From Dehalococcoidia bacterium (lineage in GTDB: Bacteria > Chloroflexota > Dehalococcoidia > UBA2979), in the NCBI GenBank assembly GCA_965207415.1, contig CBDBMD010000003.1, forward strand, positions 2,401,225-2,465,224: a stretch of DNA of 64,000 nucleotides. Direction: 5' to 3'. Of this stretch, positions 35,317-44,597 are shown one piece after another; positions within the stretch are counted from its first letter, which is position 1, and the number at the start of each line of letters is the position of its first letter. The notes under the pieces were generated by a model that was not told the DNA's origin, searched no databases, and saw nothing but the letters and a program-made list of their open reading frames with translations. A program made the translations under genes and the position numbers.

Positions 35317-36405
35317 CTACTCGCTGTTCGAGGGCGCCTCGGAGCCGCGCCTGCGCTGCACCAGCACGTAGCGAGCCCGCCCGCCGTGTCCGCGCACGCC
35401 GAACTGGAACCCGCCCCAGCCGCGCGTGAAGTCCACCTCGTCCTCGAAGCTTACGAGCTCGAGCCCCGCCGCCTCGCCCTGCTCGATCAGGCCTGTCCAG
35501 TCGACATCGCTAGTGATGTCGAAGGCGCCAACCTCATGGCGCGGCCCGAAGTAGCGGGCGGGGACGCCGCGCCCGGCGATCAGCGCGCGATTCGCGTAGC
35601 CGTAGTCGATCGTGATCACCACGCCTCGATCGAGCGCGCGCCCGAGATCCGCCATCCAGCGGCGCGCGAGCGGGCAGACGCTGAACTCGACGCCGTCGGG
35701 TGGCGTGACGCCAAGCGCCCGCACGTTGTCCTCGAGCGCCGCGTCCGAGGGCGCGAGCGCGGTCTCGAAGAACTCACCCTGCTGCCCGTCCCAGCCGACG
35801 TGGATCGCAAGCAGACGACCCTCGGAACGGAGCAGCCGGTGGAAGGGGAAGGCGTCGGGCAGTTCGACGGAGACGAAACAGCCGGTCAACCCGGCCAGCG
35901 GCAGGCTCCAGGCTGAGGCGAGCACGACCTGCGCGCCGAGGTCGGCGGTGCGCTCCGCCTGCCGTCGCGCCAGCGCCGGGCTGATCTCGAGCAGCACGTA
36001 GCGCAGCGCCTCGCCGAACCCCGATGCCGACTCCCGAGCGCCCTCGATGATGTCGCGCGCGAGCACCCCGCTGCCGCCGCCGCCCTCGACGACGGTGAAC
36101 GGCGCGGGGCGGCCGAGGTCGGCCCAGTGCCCCTCGATCACGCGCGCGAGGCCGCGCCCGTAGTCGGGGCTGTAGAGCTCGGTGGAGGTGAAGAAGTCGC
36201 CGCCGGGGCCGAAGCGGACCGTGCCGCCGCCGTAGTAGCCACCCTGCGCGCGCGAGGACGGCAGCGCGTAGAGCGCGATCTCCATGAACTCGGCGAACGG
36301 GATCGGGCCGCCGCGCTCCTCGATGCGGCGCGCGAGCCGCGCCTCGACCGTCAGCCAGACCGAGGGCGGGACGGAGGCGCGGGCGGGGGCGCCCTCGGAG
36401 GTCAC
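35317..36405 (-). CDS. Class I SAM-dependent methyltransferase, MidA/DUF185 (NDUFAF7-like)
   Basis: 362 aa. Motifs: FAEFMEIALY, GGDFFTS and FTVVEGGGGSGVLARDI. Confidence 0.75.
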   Translation of the reverse strand: MTSEGAPARASVPPSVWLTVEARLARRIEERGGPIPFAEFMEIALYALPSSRAQGGYYGGGTVRFGPGGDFFTSTELYSPDYGRGLARVIEGHWADLGRPAPFTVVEGGGGSGVLARDIIEGARESASGFGEALRYVLLEISPALARRQAERTADLGAQVVLASAWSLPLAGLTGCFVSVELPDAFPFHRLLRSEGRLLAIHVGWDGQQGEFFETALAPSDAALEDNVRALGVTPPDGVEFSVCPLARRWMADLGRALDRGVVITIDYGYANRALIAGRGVPARYFGPRHEVGAFDITSDVDWTGLIEQGEAAGLELVSFEDEVDFTRGWGGFQFGVRGHGGRARYVLVQRRRGSEAPSNSE

Positions 36406-36436
36406 GGGGCGGCTGTGGGCCGGCGGCGCGTGCCCG

Positions 36437-37249
36437 TCAGCGCAGCTTCCATTGCGGCGGGCGCTTCTCGGCGAAGGCGCGCGGGCCCTCGATCGCGTCC
36501 TCCATGGCGTTGACCTTGTCGAACATCGCCCGGCCCATGCGGCGCGCCCAGTAGTTGTCGTTGAACATGTAGCGGTACATGAACTCCTTGTGGGTCCAGA
36601 CGGAGACGGGCCCCATCTGGCAGACTTCCTCGGCCCACGCCTTCGCCTCGTCGAGCAGCTGCTCCTTCGGCACGATCTTGTTGACGAAGCCGATCTCGTA
36701 CATCCGCTGCGCGGTGTACTGGCGCGCGCCCCACATCGTCATCTCGAGGGCGATCGCCGGAGGGATGATGCGCGTTGCCTGCGCCATGAACGAGGCGGGG
36801 AGGTTCCAGCGCACCTCGGGCACGCCGAACATCGCGTGCTCGACCGCGATCCGCACATCGCAGATCTGGGCGAGGTACCAGCCGCCGGCGACGGCGAAGC
36901 CGTTGATCGCGCCGATCACCGGCTTCCAGAAGTCGTGGTCGAGCGGGGCGAAGTTGCCAAGCCCACCGTGGTCCTTGACGTACTGGTTGAAGCCGCCCTC
37001 GTACTCCCCGTCCAGCTCGGCGCGGTCCCTGAGGTCCTCGCCCGCGCAGTAGAAGCGCTCGCCCGCGGCGGTAAGGATGACGGCCCAGATCTCGTCGTCG
37101 TCCTTCAGTTCCTCCCAGGTGTCGTCGAGGCGCCGCCCGAGGTCGAAGTTGATCGAGTTGCCGCGCTCCTCGCGGTTGACCGTCAGGATCGCGTAGTGCT
37201 GTTCCGGGAAGCGCTCGACCAGCAGCACCTCGTCGCCTCGAATGGCCAC
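36437..37249 (-). CDS. Enoyl-CoA hydratase/isomerase family protein
   Basis: GTG start with an AAGGGGGAG RBS, 270 aa. Contains GAINGFAVAGGWYLAQICDVRIA. Confidence 0.88.
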   Translation of the reverse strand: MAIRGDEVLLVERFPEQHYAILTVNREERGNSINFDLGRRLDDTWEELKDDDEIWAVILTAAGERFYCAGEDLRDRAELDGEYEGGFNQYVKDHGGLGNFAPLDHDFWKPVIGAINGFAVAGGWYLAQICDVRIAVEHAMFGVPEVRWNLPASFMAQATRIIPPAIALEMTMWGARQYTAQRMYEIGFVNKIVPKEQLLDEAKAWAEEVCQMGPVSVWTHKEFMYRYMFNDNYWARRMGRAMFDKVNAMEDAIEGPRAFAEKRPPQWKLR

Positions 37250-37337
37250 TCGCTCCCCCTTCGCGTCCGTCGCGGGCCGTGCGGCCCGCGCGGCTCTAGT
37301 ATCCCCGCGCCGTACGCGCTCGCATACCGCTCTGCGG

Positions 37338-38165
37338 CTAGCGGCCCTCGAAGTGCGGGTCGCGGCGCTCGAGGAAGGAGCGGAAGCCCTCCTGCGCGTC
37401 TTCGCTGCCGAGCAGGCCGATCTGCGTGGTCCACTCGTACTCGAGGAAGTGGGACATCGGCAGCTCGCTCGCGCGCATCAGCATGCGGCGCACGCCGGTG
37501 TAGGCGAGCGGCGGCCCGGAGGCGATCTCGCCGGCGTAGCCGAGCGCGCGCTCCAGCAGCTCGCCGTCCGGGACGACCTCGTTGGCGAGGCCCAGTTCGA
37601 GGCAGCGCGCGGCGTCGACCAGGTCGCCGCTGTAGAGCAGCTCGATGGCGCGCGCGTGGCCGACGATGCGCGGCAGCCAGTAGGCCGCGCCGTAGTCCGC
37701 GGCGAGCCCGCGCTTGATGAAGACCGAACCCATGCGCGCCGATTCGCCGAGGAAGCGCACGTCGCAACAGAGCGCGAGACCGAAGCCCGCCCCAACGGCC
37801 GCGCCGTTGACCGCCGCGATGATCGGCACGTCGCAGCGCGCGAACGTCTCCGCCAGATCGCCGGAGAGTCCGCGGCGATCCATCCGGTGCTGGCGCGGGG
37901 CGTCCCCGCCCTCCTGCGCGGCGAGGTCGCCGAGGTCGGCGCCTGCGCAGAAGCCGCGGCCCTCGCCGGTAAGCACCAGCGCGTGCACCTCGTCGCTCTC
38001 GTTGGCCTCGGCGACGGTGTCGAGCAGCAGCTCGACGGCGTGCCCGCTGAGGGCGTTCATCGCCTGCGGGCGGTTGAGGCGAGCGAGCAGCACGCCATCC
38101 TCGATCGAGGTCAGCAGCGGCGCTTCCTCCGTGCCGTCGGGCGGTTCCGTACTCCGTGCCACCAT
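37338..38165 (-). CDS. Enoyl-CoA hydratase/isomerase family protein
   Basis: ATG 38165 preceded by AAGGAG. Motifs: LTGEGRGFCAGADL and AAVNGAAVGAGFGLALCCDVRF. Confidence 0.88.
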   Translation of the reverse strand: MVARSTEPPDGTEEAPLLTSIEDGVLLARLNRPQAMNALSGHAVELLLDTVAEANESDEVHALVLTGEGRGFCAGADLGDLAAQEGGDAPRQHRMDRRGLSGDLAETFARCDVPIIAAVNGAAVGAGFGLALCCDVRFLGESARMGSVFIKRGLAADYGAAYWLPRIVGHARAIELLYSGDLVDAARCLELGLANEVVPDGELLERALGYAGEIASGPPLAYTGVRRMLMRASELPMSHFLEYEWTTQIGLLGSEDAQEGFRSFLERRDPHFEGR

Positions 38166-38263
38166 CTCGCTACTCCTTGCCGGTCGTGTCGCCTCGCCGG
38201 AGTGTGCGCCACGCCGGGCCGCGACGCCATCCGCTATGCTCACGCCGCGCGAAGGGAGCCGGC

Positions 38264-39406
38264 ATGAAGATCGGCGTCCACCTGAACTTCCAGAACTACG
38301 GCGACTGGGAACGCTACGAGGCGCGGTCGGACGAGCCGCCAGCCGTGACCGACCAGCAGATCTACGAGGAAGACCTGCACCTCGCCTCGCTCGTCGAGCC
38401 GCTCGGCTACGACTCCTACTGGACGATCGACCACCACTTCTCGCCCTACATCATGACCGGCGGGGCGATGCAGCACCTGACCTACATGGCCGGAGCGACG
38501 GAGCGGATCGACTTCGGGACGATGGTGATCGTGCTGCCCTGGTACGACCCCGTGGTGGTCGCCGAGCAGATCTCGGTGCTCGACAACATGCTGCAGGGCC
38601 GCAAGCTGACGATCGGCCTCGGACGCGGCGCGGCGCAGCGCGAGTTCGACGCGTACCGCATCCCGATGGGCGAGTCTCGCGACCGCTTCATGGAGTCGCT
38701 CGCGATCCTGCGCAAGGCGCTGACGCGCGAGTGGTGGAGCCACGAGGGCGACTTCTACTCGATCCCGGAGACGACGATCCGCCCGCGCCCGCGCAACGGG
38801 CCCGAGATCGTCGAGAACCTCAAGGTCGCCTGGGTCAGCCCGGAAACACTGAAGATCGCGGCCGACGCCGGCCTCGGCGTGCTGATGACGAACCAGAAGA
38901 GCTGGGACGAGTACCGCGAGGAGCTCGGCCGGTTCAACACGATCCGCCGCGACAACGGCTGGGGTCCGGTGCAGCCGACGACGGTCGCCAACCTCGCATG
39001 CTTCGAGACGGAGGAGGAGGCCTGGAGCGTCATCCTGGAGGCCGTGACGCAGGCGCAGATCAGCAACAACAACCACTACCAGTTCGCGGACAGCTCGATC
39101 TTCAAGGCGGCCAAGGGCTACAGCTACTACGAGAACTTCGAGAAGACGTTCCAGCGCAAGACGATCGACGAGATCGGCGAGTTCAACGCGCGGCCGCAGG
39201 CCTGGGGCACGCCGGAGCAGGTGCTGCAGAAGCTGATCGACATCCGCGACAAGACAAGCGCCGAGGAGATCATCCTCAACGCCCGCTACGGCGGCATGTC
39301 CTTCGAGCACGCGGAGCGCAGCCTGAGCCTCTTCGCCAGGGAGGTGCTGCCGAAGCTGCAGGAGCTCGACGCCCCCCTCTCGCCCGAGGTGGCCGGGCTG
39401 GCGTAG
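38264..39406 (+). CDS. Luciferase-like (LLM) flavin/F420-dependent oxidoreductase
   Basis: ATG 38264 with a GAAGGGAG RBS, 380 aa. Contains YDSYWTIDHHF. Confidence 0.88.
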   Translation: MKIGVHLNFQNYGDWERYEARSDEPPAVTDQQIYEEDLHLASLVEPLGYDSYWTIDHHFSPYIMTGGAMQHLTYMAGATERIDFGTMVIVLPWYDPVVVAEQISVLDNMLQGRKLTIGLGRGAAQREFDAYRIPMGESRDRFMESLAILRKALTREWWSHEGDFYSIPETTIRPRPRNGPEIVENLKVAWVSPETLKIAADAGLGVLMTNQKSWDEYREELGRFNTIRRDNGWGPVQPTTVANLACFETEEEAWSVILEAVTQAQISNNNHYQFADSSIFKAAKGYSYYENFEKTFQRKTIDEIGEFNARPQAWGTPEQVLQKLIDIRDKTSAEEIILNARYGGMSFEHAERSLSLFAREVLPKLQELDAPLSPEVAGLA

Positions 39407-39422
39407 CCCTCGAGCGTGCCGC

Positions 39423-40241
39423 TCAGCTCGCGCACCCGACGCCGTCCCCGTCGCGGTCCAACTCGTGCGGGTCGGGGGGCAGCACGCGGATGTCGCGGTG
39501 CTCGATGTCCCCGCAGTTGAGGTTGGGCGGCGGGGGCGGGATGCAGACGTCGGGGTAGGCGCCGTCGCACTCGCCGCTCTCAGATGCGGCGTCGTCCTCC
39601 TCGGCGTCGCCCTCGGCCCCGTCTTCCGACTCGCAGGCCGTCCAGAGGCCCGCGCCCGCCTCGCGCGCTCGCGCCTCGGCGTCGCGCAGGCGCTGCTCAT
39701 GCTGCTCGTCGTCCCCTGATTCGTAGAGCGTCGCGTAGCCGCCCTCGATCAGCAGCTCGTTCAACATCCGACCGTCATCGAGATAGACGTAGCGCAGCAG
39801 GCGGCCGAACGAGTCCGTGTCCTTCACGTCGCGCTCCAGCCGCACCGCGGAGCCCTCCGGCAGCAGCGAGGACACGTAGTCGCTGGCCTCCCGCCCATAG
39901 CATTCCGAGGGGCGCACCTCGGGAGTGTCGACCAGCAGCAGCCGCACGCCGCGCGTCTCATCCCAGATCGTCACGTTGATCGTGTCGCCGTCGACGACCC
40001 GCGAGACGGGGACGGTCCCGGTCGTCGAGGGCGGTTCGATGACCCAGCGCTCGACGAAGCGCTCGTTTACGAAGTCGGGCGCGGCCGGGAAGTAGGAGTA
40101 CCACTCGCCGTCCTCGTCCTGCACCCAGACGGAGCGCGCGCCCTCGAGGTCGAGGATGAGCCCCGGCGCGGAGGCGCGCGCGTCGACGGCTGCGACAAAA
40201 AGACAGACCGCCGCGAGCAGCGCGAGCACAGCCTTCTTCAT
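39423..40241 (-). CDS. Secreted thermonuclease (SNase) with C-terminal Excalibur Ca-binding domain
   Basis: Signal peptide MKKAVLALLAAVCLFVAAVDARA. SNase core VVDGDTINV...LLLVDTPE...GRLLRYVY. C-terminal DRDGDGVGC. Confidence 0.85.
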   Translation of the reverse strand: MKKAVLALLAAVCLFVAAVDARASAPGLILDLEGARSVWVQDEDGEWYSYFPAAPDFVNERFVERWVIEPPSTTGTVPVSRVVDGDTINVTIWDETRGVRLLLVDTPEVRPSECYGREASDYVSSLLPEGSAVRLERDVKDTDSFGRLLRYVYLDDGRMLNELLIEGGYATLYESGDDEQHEQRLRDAEARAREAGAGLWTACESEDGAEGDAEEDDAASESGECDGAYPDVCIPPPPPNLNCGDIEHRDIRVLPPDPHELDRDGDGVGCAS

Positions 40242-40354
40242 CGCCCGTCTCCCGTCCTCCGTCGCCCCTCGCGCGCCTCGCAGGCAAGCCTAGCGCGCGG
40301 GGTGGCGAGCGACGTGGCGCAGTTGTGCGAAGATGGAGGCCGCCGGAGGCAATC

Positions 40355-40597
40355 ATGGTGACCAGGCACGTCCGCGCCAGATACTCGAACGGCGTCCTCG
40401 AACCCCTCGAGGCGATCGACCTCGATGAGGGGGCGGAGGTGTCCCTGTCCATCAAGGAGGCGCCCTCGCCGAAGCACGACCCGGAGGCGATGAGGGCCGG
40501 TGCCGGCGGCTGGGTCGGCCAGCATGATCCCGAGGAGCTCAAGCGAAGGATCTACGAGGCTCGCATCACAGGTTCGCGGGAACCGCCAACTCTCTAA
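40355..40597 (+). CDS. Antitoxin, DUF104/AF2212-like
   Basis: MVTRHVRARYSNGVLEPLEAIDLDEGAEVSLSI. It ends 13 nt before the PIN gene. Confidence 0.6.
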   Translation: MVTRHVRARYSNGVLEPLEAIDLDEGAEVSLSIKEAPSPKHDPEAMRAGAGGWVGQHDPEELKRRIYEARITGSREPPTL

Positions 40598-40610
40598 CGC
40601 TGTGCAGCAC

Positions 40611-40994
40611 ATGGTCGACACTGACTGGGTCATCGAGTACATGCACCGGGTGCCGCATGTCGTGGATCGTGTTGCAGAGTTGACCCCGGCCGGAATCGGC
40701 CTGAGCGTCATCTCGCTCGCTGAGCTCTACGAGGGCGTGCAGGGGGATGTGGACCCGCAGCGCAGCGAACGCGAGTTGGACGCCTTTCTTGAGCGCGTGT
40801 ATCTGCTAGATGTTGATGAGGGGACCTGCCGGATCTTCGGCAGAGAGCGCGCCCGCCTGAGAGCGGATGGCAGCCTGATCGGAGACATGGACCTGCTGAT
40901 CGGCGCGACCGCGTTGCGGCACGGGCTCACCCTGCTCACCAACAACCGACGTCATTTTGACCGGATCGAGGGGCTGGCGATCGAGTCGGTCTGA
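40611..40994 (+). CDS. vapC: PIN-domain toxin VapC
   Basis: 127 aa. Acidic PIN residues are present in MVDTDWVIEY, SLAELYEG, GDMDLLIGATAL and LLTNNRRHFDRI. Confidence 0.8.
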   Translation: MVDTDWVIEYMHRVPHVVDRVAELTPAGIGLSVISLAELYEGVQGDVDPQRSERELDAFLERVYLLDVDEGTCRIFGRERARLRADGSLIGDMDLLIGATALRHGLTLLTNNRRHFDRIEGLAIESV

Positions 40995-41015
40995 GGCCGG
41001 GCGTGCGCCAGGCCG

Positions 41016-41465
41016 TCAGCTCGGGCCGTCGGGCTTGTTCTCCTGGCCGGCCCAGACTGCGCCGAGTTCGCGGTGGGCGAAGCGCCAGGCGCCCTCGTGA
41101 CGCGCGTACTCGTCGCGGTAGTGGATGTACATCACGCGGTCGCGCGTACCCTCGTCCTCGGTCTCGATGAAGTGGTGGGCGATGCAGTAGGTCTCGCCGC
41201 GCACCACGCCGTCCTCGATCCAGTAGCGCGACTGGCCGACGAAATGGAAGGTGCGGTCGTAGCGCGTGAGGCCGGACACACCCTTCGCGATCTCCTCGCG
41301 ACCCTCGTAGCGGAAGCGCGAGGAGATCAGCACGCCGTCCGGCGTGAACAGCGCGGCGAAGCCGTCGAAGTCCCGCGCATCGGCGGCGAAGGCGTAGGCG
41401 TGGCCGAGCGCGACCAGCTCCTCGCGATCCTCGCGCGAGAGTTCCGCCGGGGTCGCGTCGCTCAC
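41016..41465 (-). CDS. SnoaL/NTF2-like fold protein
   Basis: GTG 41465 overlaps the upstream stop (GTGA). 149 aa with an alpha+beta NTF2-like pattern: LVALGHAYAFAADARDFDGFAALFTPDGVL. Confidence 0.65.
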   Translation of the reverse strand: MSDATPAELSREDREELVALGHAYAFAADARDFDGFAALFTPDGVLISSRFRYEGREEIAKGVSGLTRYDRTFHFVGQSRYWIEDGVVRGETYCIAHHFIETEDEGTRDRVMYIHYRDEYARHEGAWRFAHRELGAVWAGQENKPDGPS

Positions 41466-42391
41466 GAGGCGGCTTCGCGGAAGGCCTCGACGATCGCGCT
41501 GAACTGCTCCGTCGCGGCCTCGCGCTCCTCGGACACGGGGAAGCCGCCGCGCACGTCCGTGACGCCCGCGGCCACGAGGTCGGGCACCGCGGCCATCGTC
41601 GCCTCGATGTCCGTGCCACCAGCGTCGTCGCGTACGATCGGCAGCCGCCCGACGACCCCTAGCTCGGCGGGGTCGCGGCCGAAGCCGGCGACGGCCTCGC
41701 GCATCCGCTCGATGCCGCCCGCGATGTCGGCGGCGTCGGGGCCCCACGGGATCCAGCCGGAGCCATGGCGCGCGAGGCGGCGCATCGCCCTCGGATTGAC
41801 GGTGCCGCTCACCCAGATCGGGACGCCGCCAGGCTGCACCGGCTTGGGCATCTGGTGGACGTTGCTGAACGTCACGCCTTCGGCGTCGTAGGACGCGACG
41901 CGGTCGCGCCAGAGCGTCTGGCAGAGCTCGAGCGTGTGATCGAGCAGCCGCCCGCGGCGGTGGTAGGGGAGGCCCGCGGCCTGGTACTCAGCGAGCTGCC
42001 AGCCGATGCCGACGCCGATGTCGAGCCGCCCGCCGGAGAGCACGTCGATCGTGGCCCCCACCTTGGCGAGGACGAGCGGGCGGCGCAGCGCGGCGAGCAG
42101 GATGTTGGTCCCGAAGCGCACGCGCGTCGTCACCGAGGTGAGGTGCGCGATCACCGTCAACGGGTCCAGCCAGTAGCCGTCCGGGCTCGTCGGCTGGACG
42201 CCGCCGGCCTGGCCGCCCAGCTCCGGCCGGGCGTAGTCCTCGAGCTGCTCGCCGAAGGCGACGTGGTCGGAGACGCAGAGGCGGTCGACGCCGGCCTCGT
42301 CGGCAGCCCGGGCGACGTCGATCAGGTGTTGCCAGCTGCCGGGATCCTCCGGGGTGAACGAGCGGAGACCTGTCGAGAGTTGCGGCTGCAC
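41462..42391 (-). CDS. Luciferase-like (LLM) flavin/F420-dependent oxidoreductase
   Basis: GTG 42391 lies 7 nt after a GAAGGGAG RBS. 309 aa. Motifs: VSDHVAFGE and LSGGRLDIGVGIGW. Confidence 0.85.
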   Translation of the reverse strand: MQPQLSTGLRSFTPEDPGSWQHLIDVARAADEAGVDRLCVSDHVAFGEQLEDYARPELGGQAGGVQPTSPDGYWLDPLTVIAHLTSVTTRVRFGTNILLAALRRPLVLAKVGATIDVLSGGRLDIGVGIGWQLAEYQAAGLPYHRRGRLLDHTLELCQTLWRDRVASYDAEGVTFSNVHQMPKPVQPGGVPIWVSGTVNPRAMRRLARHGSGWIPWGPDAADIAGGIERMREAVAGFGRDPAELGVVGRLPIVRDDAGGTDIEATMAAVPDLVAAGVTDVRGGFPVSEEREAATEQFSAIVEAFREAAS

Positions 42392-42520
42392 GGCTGTCGC
42401 TCCCTTCCGGGCGCGCAGGGCCCGATGCGCGGCGTGAAGCGCGGCGATGATAGCGCCTCGCCGAGGGTCAGGCCGGGAGCGGGTGGCGACGGAGGGGCCA
42501 CGCGAACGGGTGCAGCCGGG

Positions 42521-42596
42521 ATTGTGACCACAATCGCAATGTTGACAGACAGGCGCGAGACCAGACAATGCCCGTGATATTCAACATGTGATATTC
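42521..42596 (+). promoter_or_regulatory. Candidate promoter/operator of the ABC importer operon
   Basis: An AT-rich patch in a GC-rich spacer. It contains the 14-bp palindrome attgtgaccacaat (42521-42534), TTGACA (42542-42547), GACAAT 16 nt later, and then a direct repeat of gtgatattc at 42574-42582 and 42588-42596. Confidence 0.3.
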
Positions 42597-42611
42597 GGGA
42601 GGGGGTGCGCC

Positions 42612-44498
42612 ATGACCGCATCAGACACGGCAGCCCGGTACGAGGAAACGTCGGGCGCGGAGGAGAGCGGCGGCCTCATGCTGCGCCATCGCGCGAGCCG
42701 GCGCGCCGTGATGCGCGGAGCGCTGCTCGGGGGCGCCGGCCTCACCGCCGCGGCGCTCGTCGGCTGCGGCGACGACGACGATGACGACGACGGCGCCGCT
42801 CCGGCAGCGACGGCTGCCCCCACGACTGCCCCGACGGCTGCGGCGACGGCGACCGCTGCACCGACGGAGGCGCCGCTCTCCGAGGCGGCACAGGGCGTTC
42901 GCGCGCTGAACGCACAGGCCGAGAAGGACGGCGCGCCGTTCCCCTACGACTTCGAGGAGCCGGACAAGCCCCCGAAGGCCGGCGGCGTGCTCAAGATGGC
43001 CTACCGTTTCGACATCGGCAGTTGGGACCAGGGCAAGGTCGGCGTCGTCGGCACGACGCTCTACAACCAGGCCGCGTACAACCGGCTGGTCGGGTTCAGG
43101 CACGGCCCCGGCGTCTCGAAGTTCCTCAATGAGATCGAGCCCGAACTGGCGCAGACCTGGGAACTTTCGGGCGACGGCCTGACCTACACCTTCAACATCG
43201 CCCCTGGGATCAAGTATCCGAACGTAGCGCCGGTGAACGGGCGCGACTTCACCTCCGCAGACATCAAGTTCGTCTACGAGCGCCACGGCCAGGAGGAGAC
43301 CAGCGTCCATAAGCAGTACTTCTCGCTGGTCTCAGCGATCGAGACGCCGAATGACAACACGCTGGTGGTCCGGCTCACGGAGCCGAGCCCGGACTTTCTT
43401 GTCGGGCTCGCCCTGCGCTGGAACGTGATCTACCCGCGGGAGCCGGTGGACGACGGCACGATCGACACCCAGCTGGCGGTCGGCACCGGCCCACTGATCA
43501 CCACGGAGGCCGTGCCGAGCAGCCACGTCAAGATGGAATCCAACCCGGACTACTGGGAGGGCAAGCCCCTGCTCGACGGCTTCGAGGTACAGATCATGCC
43601 GGACGAGCAGGCGCAGCTGGCGGCGTTCCGCGCCGGGCAGGTGGACCTGGCCGCAATGCCGACCGATCTGGAGACGCTGCGGAGCGTCCACGAGGAGACC
43701 AACAACCAGCAGGTGAACGACCCGATTCTGATGGCCTCGAACTCCGTCGGCTTCCAGTTGAAGAATCCGAAGTTCGCCGATGTTCGCGTACGGCGGGCGC
43801 TCGGACTCGCGCTGAGGCGGGATCAGTTCATTGACATCCTCTTTGGAGGCTACGCGCTCTACGTTCCCGTCACGGCCTGGCCGTTCGTGCTGGACGCGAT
43901 CCCGGACAACAAGGAGTTCGGGGCCTACTGGCACTACGACGCCGACGAGGCGAAGAAGCTGCTCTCGGCCGCCGGCCAGGAAGACCTCGAGTTCCCGCTG
44001 CTCGCCAGCGACAGGCTGCTGAGAGGCATCGGCACCCGCGAGATGGAGATTCTCCAGCAGCAGTGGGCGGAAGTCGGCGTATCGATGGAGCTGCAGGTGG
44101 TCGACTACTCCGAGTACAACCGGCAGTGGTGGGGAAACAACTTCGAGGAGGTCGCTTCCGGCACCGCAACGGTCGCGCCGACCGCGGACGGATTCTTCTT
44201 CGACCAGGTGCACCCCTCGGTCGTGACGAATCGCTGGGGAATCGACGACCCGGAGATCACGGACTGGGCGGAGCGGCAGAAGGTGGAGCTCGACGCGGAC
44301 GCACGCAAGGAGTTGCACACGCGGATCTTCAATAAGGTGCTCGACGAGGTCTACCGGATCGAGCGCATCTCCCCGTTCCCCAACAACACGCAGCAGAACT
44401 GGGTGCGGAACTTCCGGTTCAGCTACCCCTTCATCAGCCACCACTGGGTGTACGAGTGGGGCGACCAGTTCCACACCGGCTGGCTCGACAGGGACTAG
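42612..44498 (+). CDS. ABC transporter substrate-binding lipoprotein, family 5 (peptide/nickel/opine type), Tat-type signal
   Basis: ATG 42612 after GGGAGGGGG. Signal and lipobox SRRAVMRGALLGGAGLTAAALVGC, then a poly-Asp and Ala/Thr/Pro linker, then an SBP_bac_5-like body. Confidence 0.9.
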   Translation: MTASDTAARYEETSGAEESGGLMLRHRASRRAVMRGALLGGAGLTAAALVGCGDDDDDDDGAAPAATAAPTTAPTAAATATAAPTEAPLSEAAQGVRALNAQAEKDGAPFPYDFEEPDKPPKAGGVLKMAYRFDIGSWDQGKVGVVGTTLYNQAAYNRLVGFRHGPGVSKFLNEIEPELAQTWELSGDGLTYTFNIAPGIKYPNVAPVNGRDFTSADIKFVYERHGQEETSVHKQYFSLVSAIETPNDNTLVVRLTEPSPDFLVGLALRWNVIYPREPVDDGTIDTQLAVGTGPLITTEAVPSSHVKMESNPDYWEGKPLLDGFEVQIMPDEQAQLAAFRAGQVDLAAMPTDLETLRSVHEETNNQQVNDPILMASNSVGFQLKNPKFADVRVRRALGLALRRDQFIDILFGGYALYVPVTAWPFVLDAIPDNKEFGAYWHYDADEAKKLLSAAGQEDLEFPLLASDRLLRGIGTREMEILQQQWAEVGVSMELQVVDYSEYNRQWWGNNFEEVASGTATVAPTADGFFFDQVHPSVVTNRWGIDDPEITDWAERQKVELDADARKELHTRIFNKVLDEVYRIERISPFPNNTQQNWVRNFRFSYPFISHHWVYEWGDQFHTGWLDRD

Positions 44499-44597
44499 GG
44501 CGGCGCCGATACTGCCGCCCACGACGCGGCGGCGGGAGGCGTGCCTCCGCCCTGAGCGCGGACGCCGCCTCCCGCCACCCGGAGCTGCCGGGATTGC

